From positions 1 to 33,892 of the forward strand of contig NJBH01000038.1 in the NCBI GenBank assembly GCA_005223125.1: 33,892 nucleotides of DNA, in the 5' to 3' direction. Positions 1-8,863 of this stretch are shown piece after piece. The DNA is from Promethearchaeota archaeon Loki_b32. GTDB lineage: Archaea > Asgardarchaeota > Lokiarchaeia > Sigyniarchaeales > SOKP01. Within the stretch, counting starts at the first letter, position 1. The number at the start of each line of letters is the position of its first letter. Position numbers and translations under genes: made by a program. The notes under the pieces are model-generated. The model saw only the letters and a program-made list of their open reading frames with translations, did not search any database and was not told the origin of the DNA.

Positions 1-1
1 A

Positions 2-133
2 CTTATTGAAGCCCAAAGGAAAGAGTTTAACGCTCAGTACGCAACAGTAAGGCGCACGTGGAGAATTAGAGATAAAGACACGGGAAACTTCACCCAATTT
101 AAAGATAATCTGACTCAACTAGAGGGGGCCTAA
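2..133 (+). CDS. 3' end of a CDS entering the window (possibly a transposase C-terminus)
   Basis: Open frame LIEAQRKEFNAQYATVRRTWRIRDKDTGNFTQFKDNLTQLEGA* ending at TAA 131-133. Visibly more GC-rich than the flank and followed by GTGGGGTTTGACA (151-163), which could be an IS end. Confidence 0.4.
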   Translation, partial: LIEAQRKEFNAQYATVRRTWRIRDKDTGNFTQFKDNLTQLEGA

Positions 134-198
134 TCTATTTTGTCGAGTGAGTGGGGTTTGACATTAAAGAAAAAAAAAGATTTAAATAAAAACATGCA

Positions 199-236
199 TT
201 GTTCTAGATCGAACAATCTTGTTCGAAATCGAACAA
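199..236. promoter_or_regulatory. Tandem palindromic operator pair TTGTTC-N6-GAACAA (probable MarR binding sites)
   Basis: ttgttctagatcgaacaa (199-216) and ttgttcgaaatcgaacaa (219-236), just downstream of TATA-like TTTAAATA (181-188) and upstream of an operon that ends in a MarR gene. Confidence 0.65.
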
Positions 237-272
237 ATCGATCTCAAAACATAAAAAAGGAATGAATTAAGT

Positions 273-416
273 ATGGAAACAATGTCGTTTTGTATTGGAA
301 TTGATCATTTTATTTATTGTAATAATTCAGTTTCCAGAAAAAATGACAATTCTAAAGAAACAACTACTACTGAGATAGATAATTCTAAACAATATGATGA
401 AGGTGAGAAAAAATAG
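273..416 (+). CDS. Small hypothetical protein (47 aa) at head of operon
   Basis: ATG273..TAG416, METMSFCIGIDHFIYCNN...EGEKK. Its TAG overlaps the proposed ATA start of the next gene. Confidence 0.3.
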   Translation: METMSFCIGIDHFIYCNNSVSRKNDNSKETTTTEIDNSKQYDEGEKK

Positions 417-982
417 GTAAGGTCAAAACAGGATGGAAATTACCGTTATTACCACTCCCAGTGTGTATATTAGGTGCTCATGTGAATGGCAAACCCAACT
501 TCAACACAATTATATGGTTTAACATGCTACATGATAATCCTCCCTTGATTGGTGTTGCAATGTCAAAAAAACATTATACTAATCCAGGTGTTAAGGAAAA
601 TAGAACATTTAGTATCAATATTCCCACTAGTGATATGGTTGTAGTTACAGATTATTGTGGTCTACACTCGGGCTCTAAAGTCGATAAATCCAAGGAATTT
701 GAGATTTTTTACGGTGATCTTGGGACAGCCCCGATGATCAAAGAATGTAGTGTAAATATCGAGTGCAAGCTGATCAATATTAAAGAATTCAAGAATACTG
801 AGCTATTTATAGGAGAAATTATTGAAATATATTCAGATGAGAAATATATTACAGATAAAAAACCAGATGTCAAGGAATTCGATTCATTTATTTGTTTAAT
901 GCCTAATGGCCCATACTGGAAAATAGGGGATTATTTAGCAGAGGCTTATGAAGTAGGAACAAGTTATAAACCTAAAAAATAG
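413..982 (+). CDS. Flavin reductase-like FMN-binding protein
   Basis: PLLPLPVCILG, PPLIGV, HYTN, FSINIP, DYCGLHSG, APMIKEC..ECKL, LFIGEI motifs. The ORF track starts at GTG461, but the frame is open from ATA413 (AGGTG at 401-405) and includes the expected N-terminal PxPV strand. Confidence 0.9.
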   Translation: MGKVKTGWKLPLLPLPVCILGAHVNGKPNFNTIIWFNMLHDNPPLIGVAMSKKHYTNPGVKENRTFSINIPTSDMVVVTDYCGLHSGSKVDKSKEFEIFYGDLGTAPMIKECSVNIECKLINIKEFKNTELFIGEIIEIYSDEKYITDKKPDVKEFDSFICLMPNGPYWKIGDYLAEAYEVGTSYKPKK

Positions 983-1034
983 AATTTTTTTAATTTAAAA
1001 ATATATAAAGATAAGTTAAGAGAGAAATAATAAT

Positions 1035-1373
1035 ATGAATAAAATAACAGCGTATTGCGGAATTAGTTGTTCAGAGTGTCTTGCATATTTAGCCACTCAA
1101 AAAAATAACATTGAAGAAATCAAAAAGGTAGCAAAAGAATGGTCGAGTGAATCAATGTCGTTTAATCCAGATGATATTTATTGTGATGGATGCACTTCAG
1201 AAGGGAGACATTTTAGTTGGTGCGGTGAATGTCCAATAAGGAGTTGTTGTCGTGAGAAAGGATTTGAAAATTGTGCGCACTGTGAAGAATATTTTTGTGA
1301 TAACTTAAAGATGACTTTTGATAAGACTCCTTCAGCTAAAGAGAGATTAGATGAAATTCGAAAAACAATGTAA
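1035..1373 (+). CDS. DUF3795-like Cys-rich protein
   Basis: AYCGISCSEC, CDGC, CGECPIRSCC, CAHCEEYFC pattern. Confidence 0.85.
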   Translation: MNKITAYCGISCSECLAYLATQKNNIEEIKKVAKEWSSESMSFNPDDIYCDGCTSEGRHFSWCGECPIRSCCREKGFENCAHCEEYFCDNLKMTFDKTPSAKERLDEIRKTM

Positions 1374-1407
1374 AAATTTTATGAAATAAAAGGAAGAGGT
1401 GTAAAAT

Positions 1408-1878
1408 GTGGAATTAGAGGAAGCAAAAAAAATAAGCATGGAATTAATGGAAACCTCCAAAGCTGCGATCCTAACAACAATTGACTCTGAAGGTTATCCT
1501 ATAACAAGGGCAATGTTTAACTTAAGAAATTCGGAACAATTTCCTGAATTTTCTGAATTATTTAATAAGCAAGAAAATGAATTTATAATTTACATATCAA
1601 CAAATACGTCATCATCTAAAATTGAGCATATTAAAACAAATCCGAAAATAAGTGTATATTATTGCGACCCAGAAACTTTCAAAGGAGTCATGTTTGGAGG
1701 CGAAGTGGATATTGTTGATGATATGGATATAAAGAGTAAAATTTGGTTAGACTGGTGGACCAGCTATTACCCCGAAGGCTTAGAAGATCCTGATTATACA
1801 TTGCTCAAATTAAATCCGAAAACTGCTAGGTTTTATTACAAATTACAACATGTTAGATTTGAGCCGGGCGAAAAATAA
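1408..1878 (+). CDS. Pyridoxamine 5'-phosphate oxidase-like / general stress protein 26-like FMN-binding protein
   Basis: LTTIDSEGYPITRAM, STNTSSSKIEHIKTNPK, W..YYPEGLEDPDY motifs. AGGTG RBS 6 nt before GTG. Confidence 0.85.
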   Translation: MELEEAKKISMELMETSKAAILTTIDSEGYPITRAMFNLRNSEQFPEFSELFNKQENEFIIYISTNTSSSKIEHIKTNPKISVYYCDPETFKGVMFGGEVDIVDDMDIKSKIWLDWWTSYYPEGLEDPDYTLLKLNPKTARFYYKLQHVRFEPGEK

Positions 1879-2328
1879 ATGGAAAAGTTAAGGGAAGGAG
1901 GCTTTTTAATGGCAAAAATTCGTAAATTATCAGAGCGGATTTTTGCTAAATTACTCAGAGATTTTAAAATTACCGAGTTAAGTGCTGCTCAAGGTAGAGT
2001 GATATTTCCACTTTGGCAGAAAGATGATATTTCCTTCCAAGAACTTAAAACAAAAACAGCATTAAGTAAGGCGACGTTATCTCACATGTTAGATAATCTT
2101 GAAAAAGGGGGTCATATAAAACGAGTGCGTTCTAAAAAGGATAAAAGAACTATATACATAAAATTAACAAAAAAGAACCAATCTTTACAAGATAAATTTC
2201 TTCAGGTATCTAATGAAATGCGAGATATTTACTATAAAGATTTTTCTGAAAAAGATATTGATGAGTTTGAAAATTATTTAAGAAAACTTTTAGACAATCT
2301 AACAAAATTCAGTGAGAAAAATAAATAA
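1879..2328 (+). CDS. MarR family transcriptional regulator
   Basis: LSAAQGRVIFPLW, LSKATLSHMLDNLEKGGHIKR, DKRTIYIKLT winged-helix signature. Confidence 0.93.
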   Translation: MEKLREGGFLMAKIRKLSERIFAKLLRDFKITELSAAQGRVIFPLWQKDDISFQELKTKTALSKATLSHMLDNLEKGGHIKRVRSKKDKRTIYIKLTKKNQSLQDKFLQVSNEMRDIYYKDFSEKDIDEFENYLRKLLDNLTKFSEKNK

Positions 2329-2342
2329 AAACATCATTCATC

Positions 2343-2603
2343 CTAAAGATTTTTTTTATTTTTATTTATTAATCTGACTAATTTTAATAGGTGACAGTAA
2401 GAACAATAAAAATCTATTTCTGAATTCTTCCATAAAGTGGTTATGGAATCTTGCATTAATGTAGGGTATCTTTTCATAACTTCATCAAATGAATATTCTT
2501 TTTTACAACTTCCACAATATCTTTTTAAAACATCTTGCTCAATCTTTCTATTCTTAATTAAAGTAGATTCAAGATCACTGGGCATATTATTAATTCTCGA
2601 CAT
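2343..2603 (-). CDS. Small hypothetical protein with two CxxC motifs (zinc-binding)
   Basis: CGSC and CSYC. Co-oriented directly downstream of the carbonic anhydrase gene. Confidence 0.7.
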   Translation of the reverse strand: MSRINNMPSDLESTLIKNRKIEQDVLKRYCGSCKKEYSFDEVMKRYPTLMQDSITTLWKNSEIDFYCSYCHLLKLVRLINKNKKNL

Positions 2604-2624
2604 GCTTATATATTCTCCAAATCT

Positions 2625-3575
2625 TTAATCCTTATTCATACGTTCTCTTCTCTTATTAATTATATTAGGTATATGTATTTTAACTCCTTGAAATTGGATT
2701 TTTGGAACTTTAATTTTTGGTATAATTCCCTGAACTTTATATTTTTGCTTCAGTTCAAATTTTTGGCGCTCATTCTCAGAATTATCCTTCTTTTTTTTAT
2801 CTATTTCAGAAATATTGGATATTTCTGCGTGTTCACCAACGATTTTTTTAGGGAATTGTTCTATTTCTACGTCATTTACTTCACTTTCTTTTAAAGGTTT
2901 TACCAAATCATTAATATCTACTATTTCATGTTCAATTGTATTAAAAAAATCTATGAATTGATATTTTTTCTCAGTGAGTATTGTTTCATATTGTCTTCTA
3001 AAGTTCCAAATAACCGAGAAATCTTTGAATTTCTCATACTCAAAAACCCAACCCGTATTAACGTCATATAACATTCCTGTGATTTCAATTTCCGGAAAAA
3101 ATTCTTGAAGTCTTTTTAATATCTCAACATGGTTTTTAATGTTTCTTAGTTCGTCTACAATTGGTTTAAAAAATTGTCTTGTTTCAGAAAAAACATCTGA
3201 ATTGTTACTAAGTGAATTTGATAAGATTTTATGGAGTAGTTTTTTTTTTAATTCTGTTAATTTAAATTTTGTCATACCACAGTCCATATGACCTAGAATT
3301 ATAATATATTTCACATGGTAATCAAAAATAGATATTAAAATTGATCTCAACATATCTTGAGTATAAACATTTCCAGCATTTCGTAAGACAAATACATCTC
3401 CAGGTTTTAATTGAAAAATTCGATGAATATCTATTTTGGGGTCCATACAAGTAAGAATTAGAACGGGATATTTTGGGATTTTTTCTTCAACCTCAAGATT
3501 TTCTAAATCTTGGGTAATTTTCCATTGAAACCGTAAATTGCCCTCAATTAATGTTTTTTCAATATCTTTAATCAA
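2625..3575 (-). CDS. Beta-class carbonic anhydrase with C-terminal extension
   Basis: Zn ligands LTCMDPK and GHMDCGM, RNAGN, and GMLYDVNTG, plus a ~130 aa charged C-terminal tail. Confidence 0.85.
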   Translation of the reverse strand: MIKDIEKTLIEGNLRFQWKITQDLENLEVEEKIPKYPVLILTCMDPKIDIHRIFQLKPGDVFVLRNAGNVYTQDMLRSILISIFDYHVKYIIILGHMDCGMTKFKLTELKKKLLHKILSNSLSNNSDVFSETRQFFKPIVDELRNIKNHVEILKRLQEFFPEIEITGMLYDVNTGWVFEYEKFKDFSVIWNFRRQYETILTEKKYQFIDFFNTIEHEIVDINDLVKPLKESEVNDVEIEQFPKKIVGEHAEISNISEIDKKKKDNSENERQKFELKQKYKVQGIIPKIKVPKIQFQGVKIHIPNIINKRRERMNKD

Positions 3576-3635
3576 ATCGTTTTATCCTCAATAATTTTAA
3601 TTAAAAAACAATGTTAAATAAAAAAAAATTTGAAA

Positions 3636-4805
3636 TTACTTATTAACTAATATTTCTTTGATTTTTTTGGCTCCTCCGTTATTAAAAAAATCCTTGATTT
3701 TATCAGAATACTCCGGTAAAAGTTGTAAGAACGGTAATATAGCACGAGAAAGAGAGCTAAATGCTTCATTTCCATCACCCATTATAAACATCTTATCTGG
3801 ACTCAAATTCTTAAAAATTTCAGGTAATATGTTAGTCAATTGAACTGCCAAGAATCTTTCATCTGCAGTACTCATTGCTTCAACCTGTTCTTTAAATCCT
3901 TCTGCCTGAGCGAGCATTTGTTGCTTAATATTCTCAGCTTCACCTTCTGCCTGAGCAATAAGTTTCCGTTTTATTTGTTGTGCTTCAGCATCCACTTCGA
4001 TTATTTTTTTCTGTCTTTCACCATCAGCCTCAATTATCTTACGCTCTCTTTCCTGTTCTGCGATAGCTATTTCTTTTTCTTTTCGCCTCAATTCAATCTC
4101 TCTTTCAACTAATTGTTCTTGAATACCGACCTCGTTCTTCACTTCTAATTCTCTAATTTTTGATTCTCTTTCAGCTTCAGCTTTAGCAATTCTCGCTTTT
4201 CTTAATTCTTCTGCTTGTTTAGTCGCTTCCATATTTTTCTTTAATTCCTGTTCTACAATAATGACTTCTAAAATTTCTAAAGATTCAATAACTATACCCC
4301 AATCAGCTGTTAATTCATGTAGATCCTTTTCAATAGGATCAATAATCTCTCTTCTTTCCCTTATGATCCTTTCCAATGGCATATTGGCACAGGTAGTACG
4401 AATTATCGCTTCTGCTGCACCTTTTAATATCTTTTCAACATAGTTTTCATCTCGCATGATCCATGAGACCGCACTGAATGCTTTTTCTGGATCAACAACT
4501 TTCCAAATTAGTAATCCCTCGATTTCAATGTTTTGGTACTCATTTGAAACTACCTGTTCATGTGCCTCAACAACAGTTTGGATACTGGTAGTTGGAATGA
4601 CGATATATTCATCTATCAATGGAAGAAGGAATAAACTTCCACCTAATCCTGCATGTTTTACTTTACCATTTCGTAAATGTATAACGAATTGATTGGTCTT
4701 AAACTTCCTATACCGAGCGGCAAGAAATATTACAAATAAGAATATGATTATACCTATTGTAACTCCGAGCCCTACAAACCAAGGATTTAATTCTTGAAAT
4801 AACAC
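3636..4805 (-). CDS. SPFH domain / flotillin-like membrane scaffold protein
   Basis: N-terminal TM helix, SPFH core (AIIRTTCANMPLERII, WGIVIESLEI), and an AEAE/AEGEAE-rich coiled-coil tail. Confidence 0.92.
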   Translation of the reverse strand: MLFQELNPWFVGLGVTIGIIIFLFVIFLAARYRKFKTNQFVIHLRNGKVKHAGLGGSLFLLPLIDEYIVIPTTSIQTVVEAHEQVVSNEYQNIEIEGLLIWKVVDPEKAFSAVSWIMRDENYVEKILKGAAEAIIRTTCANMPLERIIRERREIIDPIEKDLHELTADWGIVIESLEILEVIIVEQELKKNMEATKQAEELRKARIAKAEAERESKIRELEVKNEVGIQEQLVEREIELRRKEKEIAIAEQERERKIIEADGERQKKIIEVDAEAQQIKRKLIAQAEGEAENIKQQMLAQAEGFKEQVEAMSTADERFLAVQLTNILPEIFKNLSPDKMFIMGDGNEAFSSLSRAILPFLQLLPEYSDKIKDFFNNGGAKKIKEILVNK

Positions 4806-4907
4806 TTTTTTTATCTAAACCTCCTCTTTTTAATTTTTATAAAATATTATTTTCCATTTTTTTGTAGATTTTTCAAATAAAGTTATAAAACTTGAAGTTA
4901 TCATAAT

Positions 4908-5141
4908 TTACCACCATAAACCTTGTGCAATTGCTCCAATAACCATCGGAAGTATCATGAATATAAGTATAATCGAAAGAAAGAACAGGAATGTGAGCAT
5001 TAATCGGTATTTACGTTTAAGTTTTTTAAAAAATCTTGGTTCACTTTCGTCTTCTAATTTTTGTTCTTTGCCATTTATACCATTTTCTTTTAAATCCTTA
5101 ATAACTATTGTTTTATCTATTATCTCTTCCTTAACACTCAT
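4908..5141 (-). CDS. Small single-TM membrane protein
   Basis: Charged N-terminus, basic patch, then a C-terminal hydrophobic helix. AGGTGA RBS at the end of the upstream gene. Confidence 0.7.
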   Translation of the reverse strand: MSVKEEIIDKTIVIKDLKENGINGKEQKLEDESEPRFFKKLKRKYRLMLTFLFFLSIILIFMILPMVIGAIAQGLWW

Positions 5142-5148
5142 ACCTTTA

Positions 5149-6120
5149 TCACCTCCTTTTTTTTATTGATTTCTTATTATTATCAACCAATAAATAACCA
5201 TTTCTCACATCACAAATATACACTTTATCTCCTCGCTCAAAATTAAACGTATCGACAATCGGTTTGACATGCAATCTTTCAAATCTCATGGGTGTATTTG
5301 AAGATATTTTAATAATACCTCCCCTTTCATCAACACGCAATAAGACCTCTCCCTGAATCCCTATTAAATTTTTTGTTGATGAAATTCTGTAAAATCTTGA
5401 TTTTGCGATAATTTTCCATGCAAAATTTATGAGTTTTGTACTTAAGTAAGCTAATAAAGGTGCAATAAAAAGAATAGTAAATTGCAGTATTCCTTCAATT
5501 AATTGATATAATAAAATTCCTGAAATTCCAAAAATCAAAAATCCTGAACTGAATAAGAGCATGATTGGTGCGGGAGTAATTGTAGCAATAATATCAGTAT
5601 CAATTTCAACCTCAGCTTCTATATCAACATCAATATCGCTATCAATATCAACCTCCACATCAATATCTATGTCAACATCAATTTCCGCATCTATATCAAG
5701 ATCAGCATCAATATCAACGTCAATATCAATGTCTGCATCTACATCGACATCTACATCAACATCTGCATCTACGTCTAAATCTACGTCTACATCAACATCT
5801 GCATCTACGTCTAAATCTACGTCTACATCAACATCTGCATCTACGTCTAAATCTACGTCTACATCAATTTCAGCGTCTAGTTCACCCGCTCCAGTAATAT
5901 TTGATTCCATTTGAGCGAGAAATGTTGAAAATATTGATAAAATAATCCCTCCAAAAAATAACCCTACACAGGTACTAAAAAATATATTGTAAAACTCATT
6001 ATAAAATGATCCTACAAATGTTAAAACCAAACCAACAAAAATGATTAGCATGATTGCTATATTATCTTTTTTTTTCCATTGAATCTTAGATAATTTTCTA
6101 ATCGCCCTTGTTTGCATCAT
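5149..6120 (-). CDS. NfeD-like (YuaF-type) membrane protein with long acidic repeat
   Basis: About four TM helices, an Asp/aliphatic alternating insert, and a C-terminal OB-fold-like region (LIGIQGEV..GGIIKI..GDKVYICDV..LLV). Lies upstream of the flotillin gene. Confidence 0.8.
   Translation of the reverse strand: MMQTRAIRKLSKIQWKKKDNIAIMLIIFVGLVLTFVGSFYNEFYNIFFSTCVGLFFGGIILSIFSTFLAQMESNITGAGELDAEIDVDVDLDVDADVDVDVDLDVDADVDVDVDLDVDADVDVDVDVDADIDIDVDIDADLDIDAEIDVDIDIDVEVDIDSDIDVDIEAEVEIDTDIIATITPAPIMLLFSSGFLIFGISGILLYQLIEGILQFTILFIAPLLAYLSTKLINFAWKIIAKSRFYRISSTKNLIGIQGEVLLRVDERGGIIKISSNTPMRFERLHVKPIVDTFNFERGDKVYICDVRNGYLLVDNNKKSIKKRR
5751..5867. repeat. 36-bp coding tandem repeat, ~3 copies (12-aa unit DVDLDVDADVDV)
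   Basis: Unit atctgcatctacgtctaaatctacgtctacatcaac repeated essentially perfectly within a broader degenerate tract (~5590-5880). Confidence 0.9.
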
Positions 6121-6186
6121 AACTGAATTTACCTACCTTTTCTTGTAGGCTAAATTTAATTTAATTTTAAAATAATTAAAAACATT

Positions 6187-6690
6187 TTAAGATGATAAAT
6201 TAATTCCACATTGATGGCAAAATACCGCATTCCTGTCAACTTTAGCTCCGCAAAATCTGCAATAGTTAATATCTGACAAAACGGGGATATCTTTTTGAAT
6301 TTGGTTATAAATGTGTTCTTCAGGTTCTCTTTGAATTGACTTACGATTTATATAGGGATTATATTGCTGTACTTGGATCTGAGGTCGATTTTGTCTCTGA
6401 GGTTGAGAACTATATGATTTAAGGTATTGTTCTTTAGGTTTTTTGTAGGTCTCACTCATCGACATTGTAATTGCACTAATACCAATTATAATTGCAATAA
6501 ATACCATAAAACCACCTATAAACATAATCGGAGGAAAATTAAATCTAAATGCATCAAATATATCAAAAAATAAAGCAAAGAATACACCAAAGAATAATAG
6601 AGCAAGACTTATAGCAGCACATGCGTTTCCTGATCTGGATCTATTACAATTTCTTCGTCTATTAGCAACGATTACTGGAACACATGCCAA
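6187..6690 (-). CDS. Membrane protein with C-terminal zinc-ribbon domain
   Basis: Two TM helices, a Q-rich linker, and YCRFCGAK..AVFCHQCG. Confidence 0.85.
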   Translation of the reverse strand: MACVPVIVANRRRNCNRSRSGNACAAISLALLFFGVFFALFFDIFDAFRFNFPPIMFIGGFMVFIAIIIGISAITMSMSETYKKPKEQYLKSYSSQPQRQNRPQIQVQQYNPYINRKSIQREPEEHIYNQIQKDIPVLSDINYCRFCGAKVDRNAVFCHQCGINLSS

Positions 6691-7034
6691 TTTTTTTTAT
6701 ACACCTTATTATATTTCTCTATATTTTTTTATATTTTTTTTTATTCCCAATATATTTATATATACTCATATATTTAAATGTTATGATCATCTTAAAACAA
6801 TAAAGAAAAAGCGGGAAACCCTTAAATTTAAAGATTGAGATATATATATTAATATATATAAATAAATAGAAGATAGCGAAGAATTAAGTATTCTCTTTAT
6901 ATATATGTTTATATATTAACAAAAATATTTAATAAAGCTCTTTTTTCATTTAATAAATAAAATTAAACTTTATTAATATAAAAGTATATATTCAAATTGA
7001 GAAACTTTAAAAAAAAAGGTTAAGAATAAAGGAG

Positions 7035-7799
7035 TTGATTCGATTGCCTAAAAATAATGAAAAACCTATCGACAAAACTAATAAAACTCGAAAAAATGAT
7101 GTAAAAGAACATGAACATAAAGATAAACCAATATACGTTAAGGTAAGCGATGAAACAAGGGGTTTGATTGATAAATACAAAGAAAAAGGAACGACAATTT
7201 CAGATTTAGTAAGAAATGCTGTTAAATGTTATGATGATTTTAACTCAATCTCTCCTGAAATACATGCAATTATCGAAAAATTTAAAAACCCAGATGAACC
7301 TGATATTTCATTTATAGAGCAGGCAATTAAATATTACGGAGATCAGAAAGACCTAAATAGAGATTTGTGGGGTCGTGCTAGAGGTGAGATGAAAATGATG
7401 CTCATAGGAAAAACAACCTTTAACCAACTTATACATGCCGCTGAGATGCCAGAAGAGAGTTTAGAAAAACCTTGGCGTAAAAATGTCGGTATTGATTTAA
7501 TCCTATGGTATAACGAATCAAAACCACTTAAAACACTCTCAATAGAAGAAATTATAAGTACTGTACAAAAAATCTGGGTTGTAGCGAATTATTTTCATAC
7601 AATTGATGTTGTAAAAGAAAGCGAAGATGAATTTCATGTCCTTTTTAGACATAGACAAAGCAAGCGTTATAGTTCTTATTGGTTAGGTTATTTCACCGAA
7701 TTATTTACATCAGAAGAGATGCCTTTTAAATGCCAAGTCGAAGGACATGTATTTGATGAATCGTTATCAATAATAATAAAAATAGGATATAAAAAATAA
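7035..7799 (+). CDS. Putative transcriptional regulator (N-terminal ribbon-helix-helix-like; C-terminal possible V4R-like ligand-binding domain)
   Basis: PIYVKVSDET..IDKY..TISDLVRNAVKCY is RHH-like. The C-terminal alpha/beta domain assignment is inference. Confidence 0.55.
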   Translation: MIRLPKNNEKPIDKTNKTRKNDVKEHEHKDKPIYVKVSDETRGLIDKYKEKGTTISDLVRNAVKCYDDFNSISPEIHAIIEKFKNPDEPDISFIEQAIKYYGDQKDLNRDLWGRARGEMKMMLIGKTTFNQLIHAAEMPEESLEKPWRKNVGIDLILWYNESKPLKTLSIEEIISTVQKIWVVANYFHTIDVVKESEDEFHVLFRHRQSKRYSSYWLGYFTELFTSEEMPFKCQVEGHVFDESLSIIIKIGYKK

Positions 7800-7893
7800 A
7801 AATTATTTATAATCAAGTTCAATGTTATTTTGTTATTCTGTAGTAAATTGTTTCTTTAACTCTTCTTTTTCTTCTTCGTAGTTGTATAGGTTA

Positions 7894-8703
7894 TTATCCC
7901 AAATCTTCAAATTCATTTTTAGAAGGATGACTCAGATCTTTGTCCGTTCGTGTATCATGATAACAAAAATCACAATAATCATCCCCCATCATTAATGTTT
8001 TCTTTCTCGTTAGTATGAAACTAGGATTTAAATTTTTTGCTCCTTCAAAGTCCGAATAACAAAGCATAGCATAACACAGATCTGAATCAAAATCCCTCAA
8101 TGCATCAGCCCATTCACATTTTTTAACCTTATATAGTAATCTCTCTTCATCTAACGGGCCAGTAACACATTCCTGCATTTGCCATCTTGCTAAATTATTT
8201 TTAAAACGATCTGTGGATTCTATAAATGAATCAACATAATTATTTGGATCCCTTCTTGAGAGAGAAACTTCCTCCGATAGCTTTTTAATATATTCAATTG
8301 TTTCTTCACGATTCATTATTTCTAATAATGATTTCATAAAAATATACTCAAATTGGGTGAAGGTACGTACTAAATCTTTTGTATCAATTTCAATTTCGTC
8401 ATCAATCGATTCAGGATTATATTTGGTATAGTTTACAAGACTTAAAACATGATTTTTACTTCCATTCAAAATTTTTGAATATTGAACTAGGATTTCATAA
8501 TCGGAATCAATAGAGACATCATAATTCTCTACTTTTTCATAAAAATTCTTTAGATAATCAATTATGGTAGGAAATGAATCTGATATGTTATCCTTCACAT
8601 TCTTTAAAAATAACTCAAGTCCACCCAAACAAGGGGTAATTAAATTACGAAGCTTATAATTAAGCTTTGCTTTCTCATTATAAGTACATATAGTTCTTTT
8701 CAT
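7894..8703 (-). CDS. L-2-amino-thiazoline-4-carboxylic acid hydrolase-like domain protein
   Basis: VKKCEWA, LCYSDF, LTRKKTLMMGDDYCDFCY motifs. Confidence 0.8.
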   Translation of the reverse strand: MKRTICTYNEKAKLNYKLRNLITPCLGGLELFLKNVKDNISDSFPTIIDYLKNFYEKVENYDVSIDSDYEILVQYSKILNGSKNHVLSLVNYTKYNPESIDDEIEIDTKDLVRTFTQFEYIFMKSLLEIMNREETIEYIKKLSEEVSLSRRDPNNYVDSFIESTDRFKNNLARWQMQECVTGPLDEERLLYKVKKCEWADALRDFDSDLCYAMLCYSDFEGAKNLNPSFILTRKKTLMMGDDYCDFCYHDTRTDKDLSHPSKNEFEDLG

Positions 8704-8863
8704 ATTTCAATCACAATTTCTTTTTAATTATTAATTCAAAATTAATTTTTCTTTAAATAGATTAACTTGTTGAAGTAGAACTGAAGTGTAAAGCCAATCA
8801 TGAACTATCTAATAAGTTAACAAATTAGAAACAAATTTTTTATATAAAATTAGATTTTTTAGG

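Noticed and set aside
2437-5169. Short + strand ORFs (2437, 2673, 3658, 3840, 4261, 4456, 4957)
   Set aside because: All lie antisense to well-supported minus-strand genes and have no recognisable motifs.
5561-5914. Ser/Thr-rich 117-aa ORF on + strand
   Set aside because: Antisense shadow of the Asp/Val repeat in the NfeD-like gene.
6841-6860. Perfect palindrome TATATATATTAATATATATA upstream of the RHH-like gene
   Set aside because: Low-complexity TA run in an extremely AT-rich intergenic region, so it cannot be distinguished from chance.
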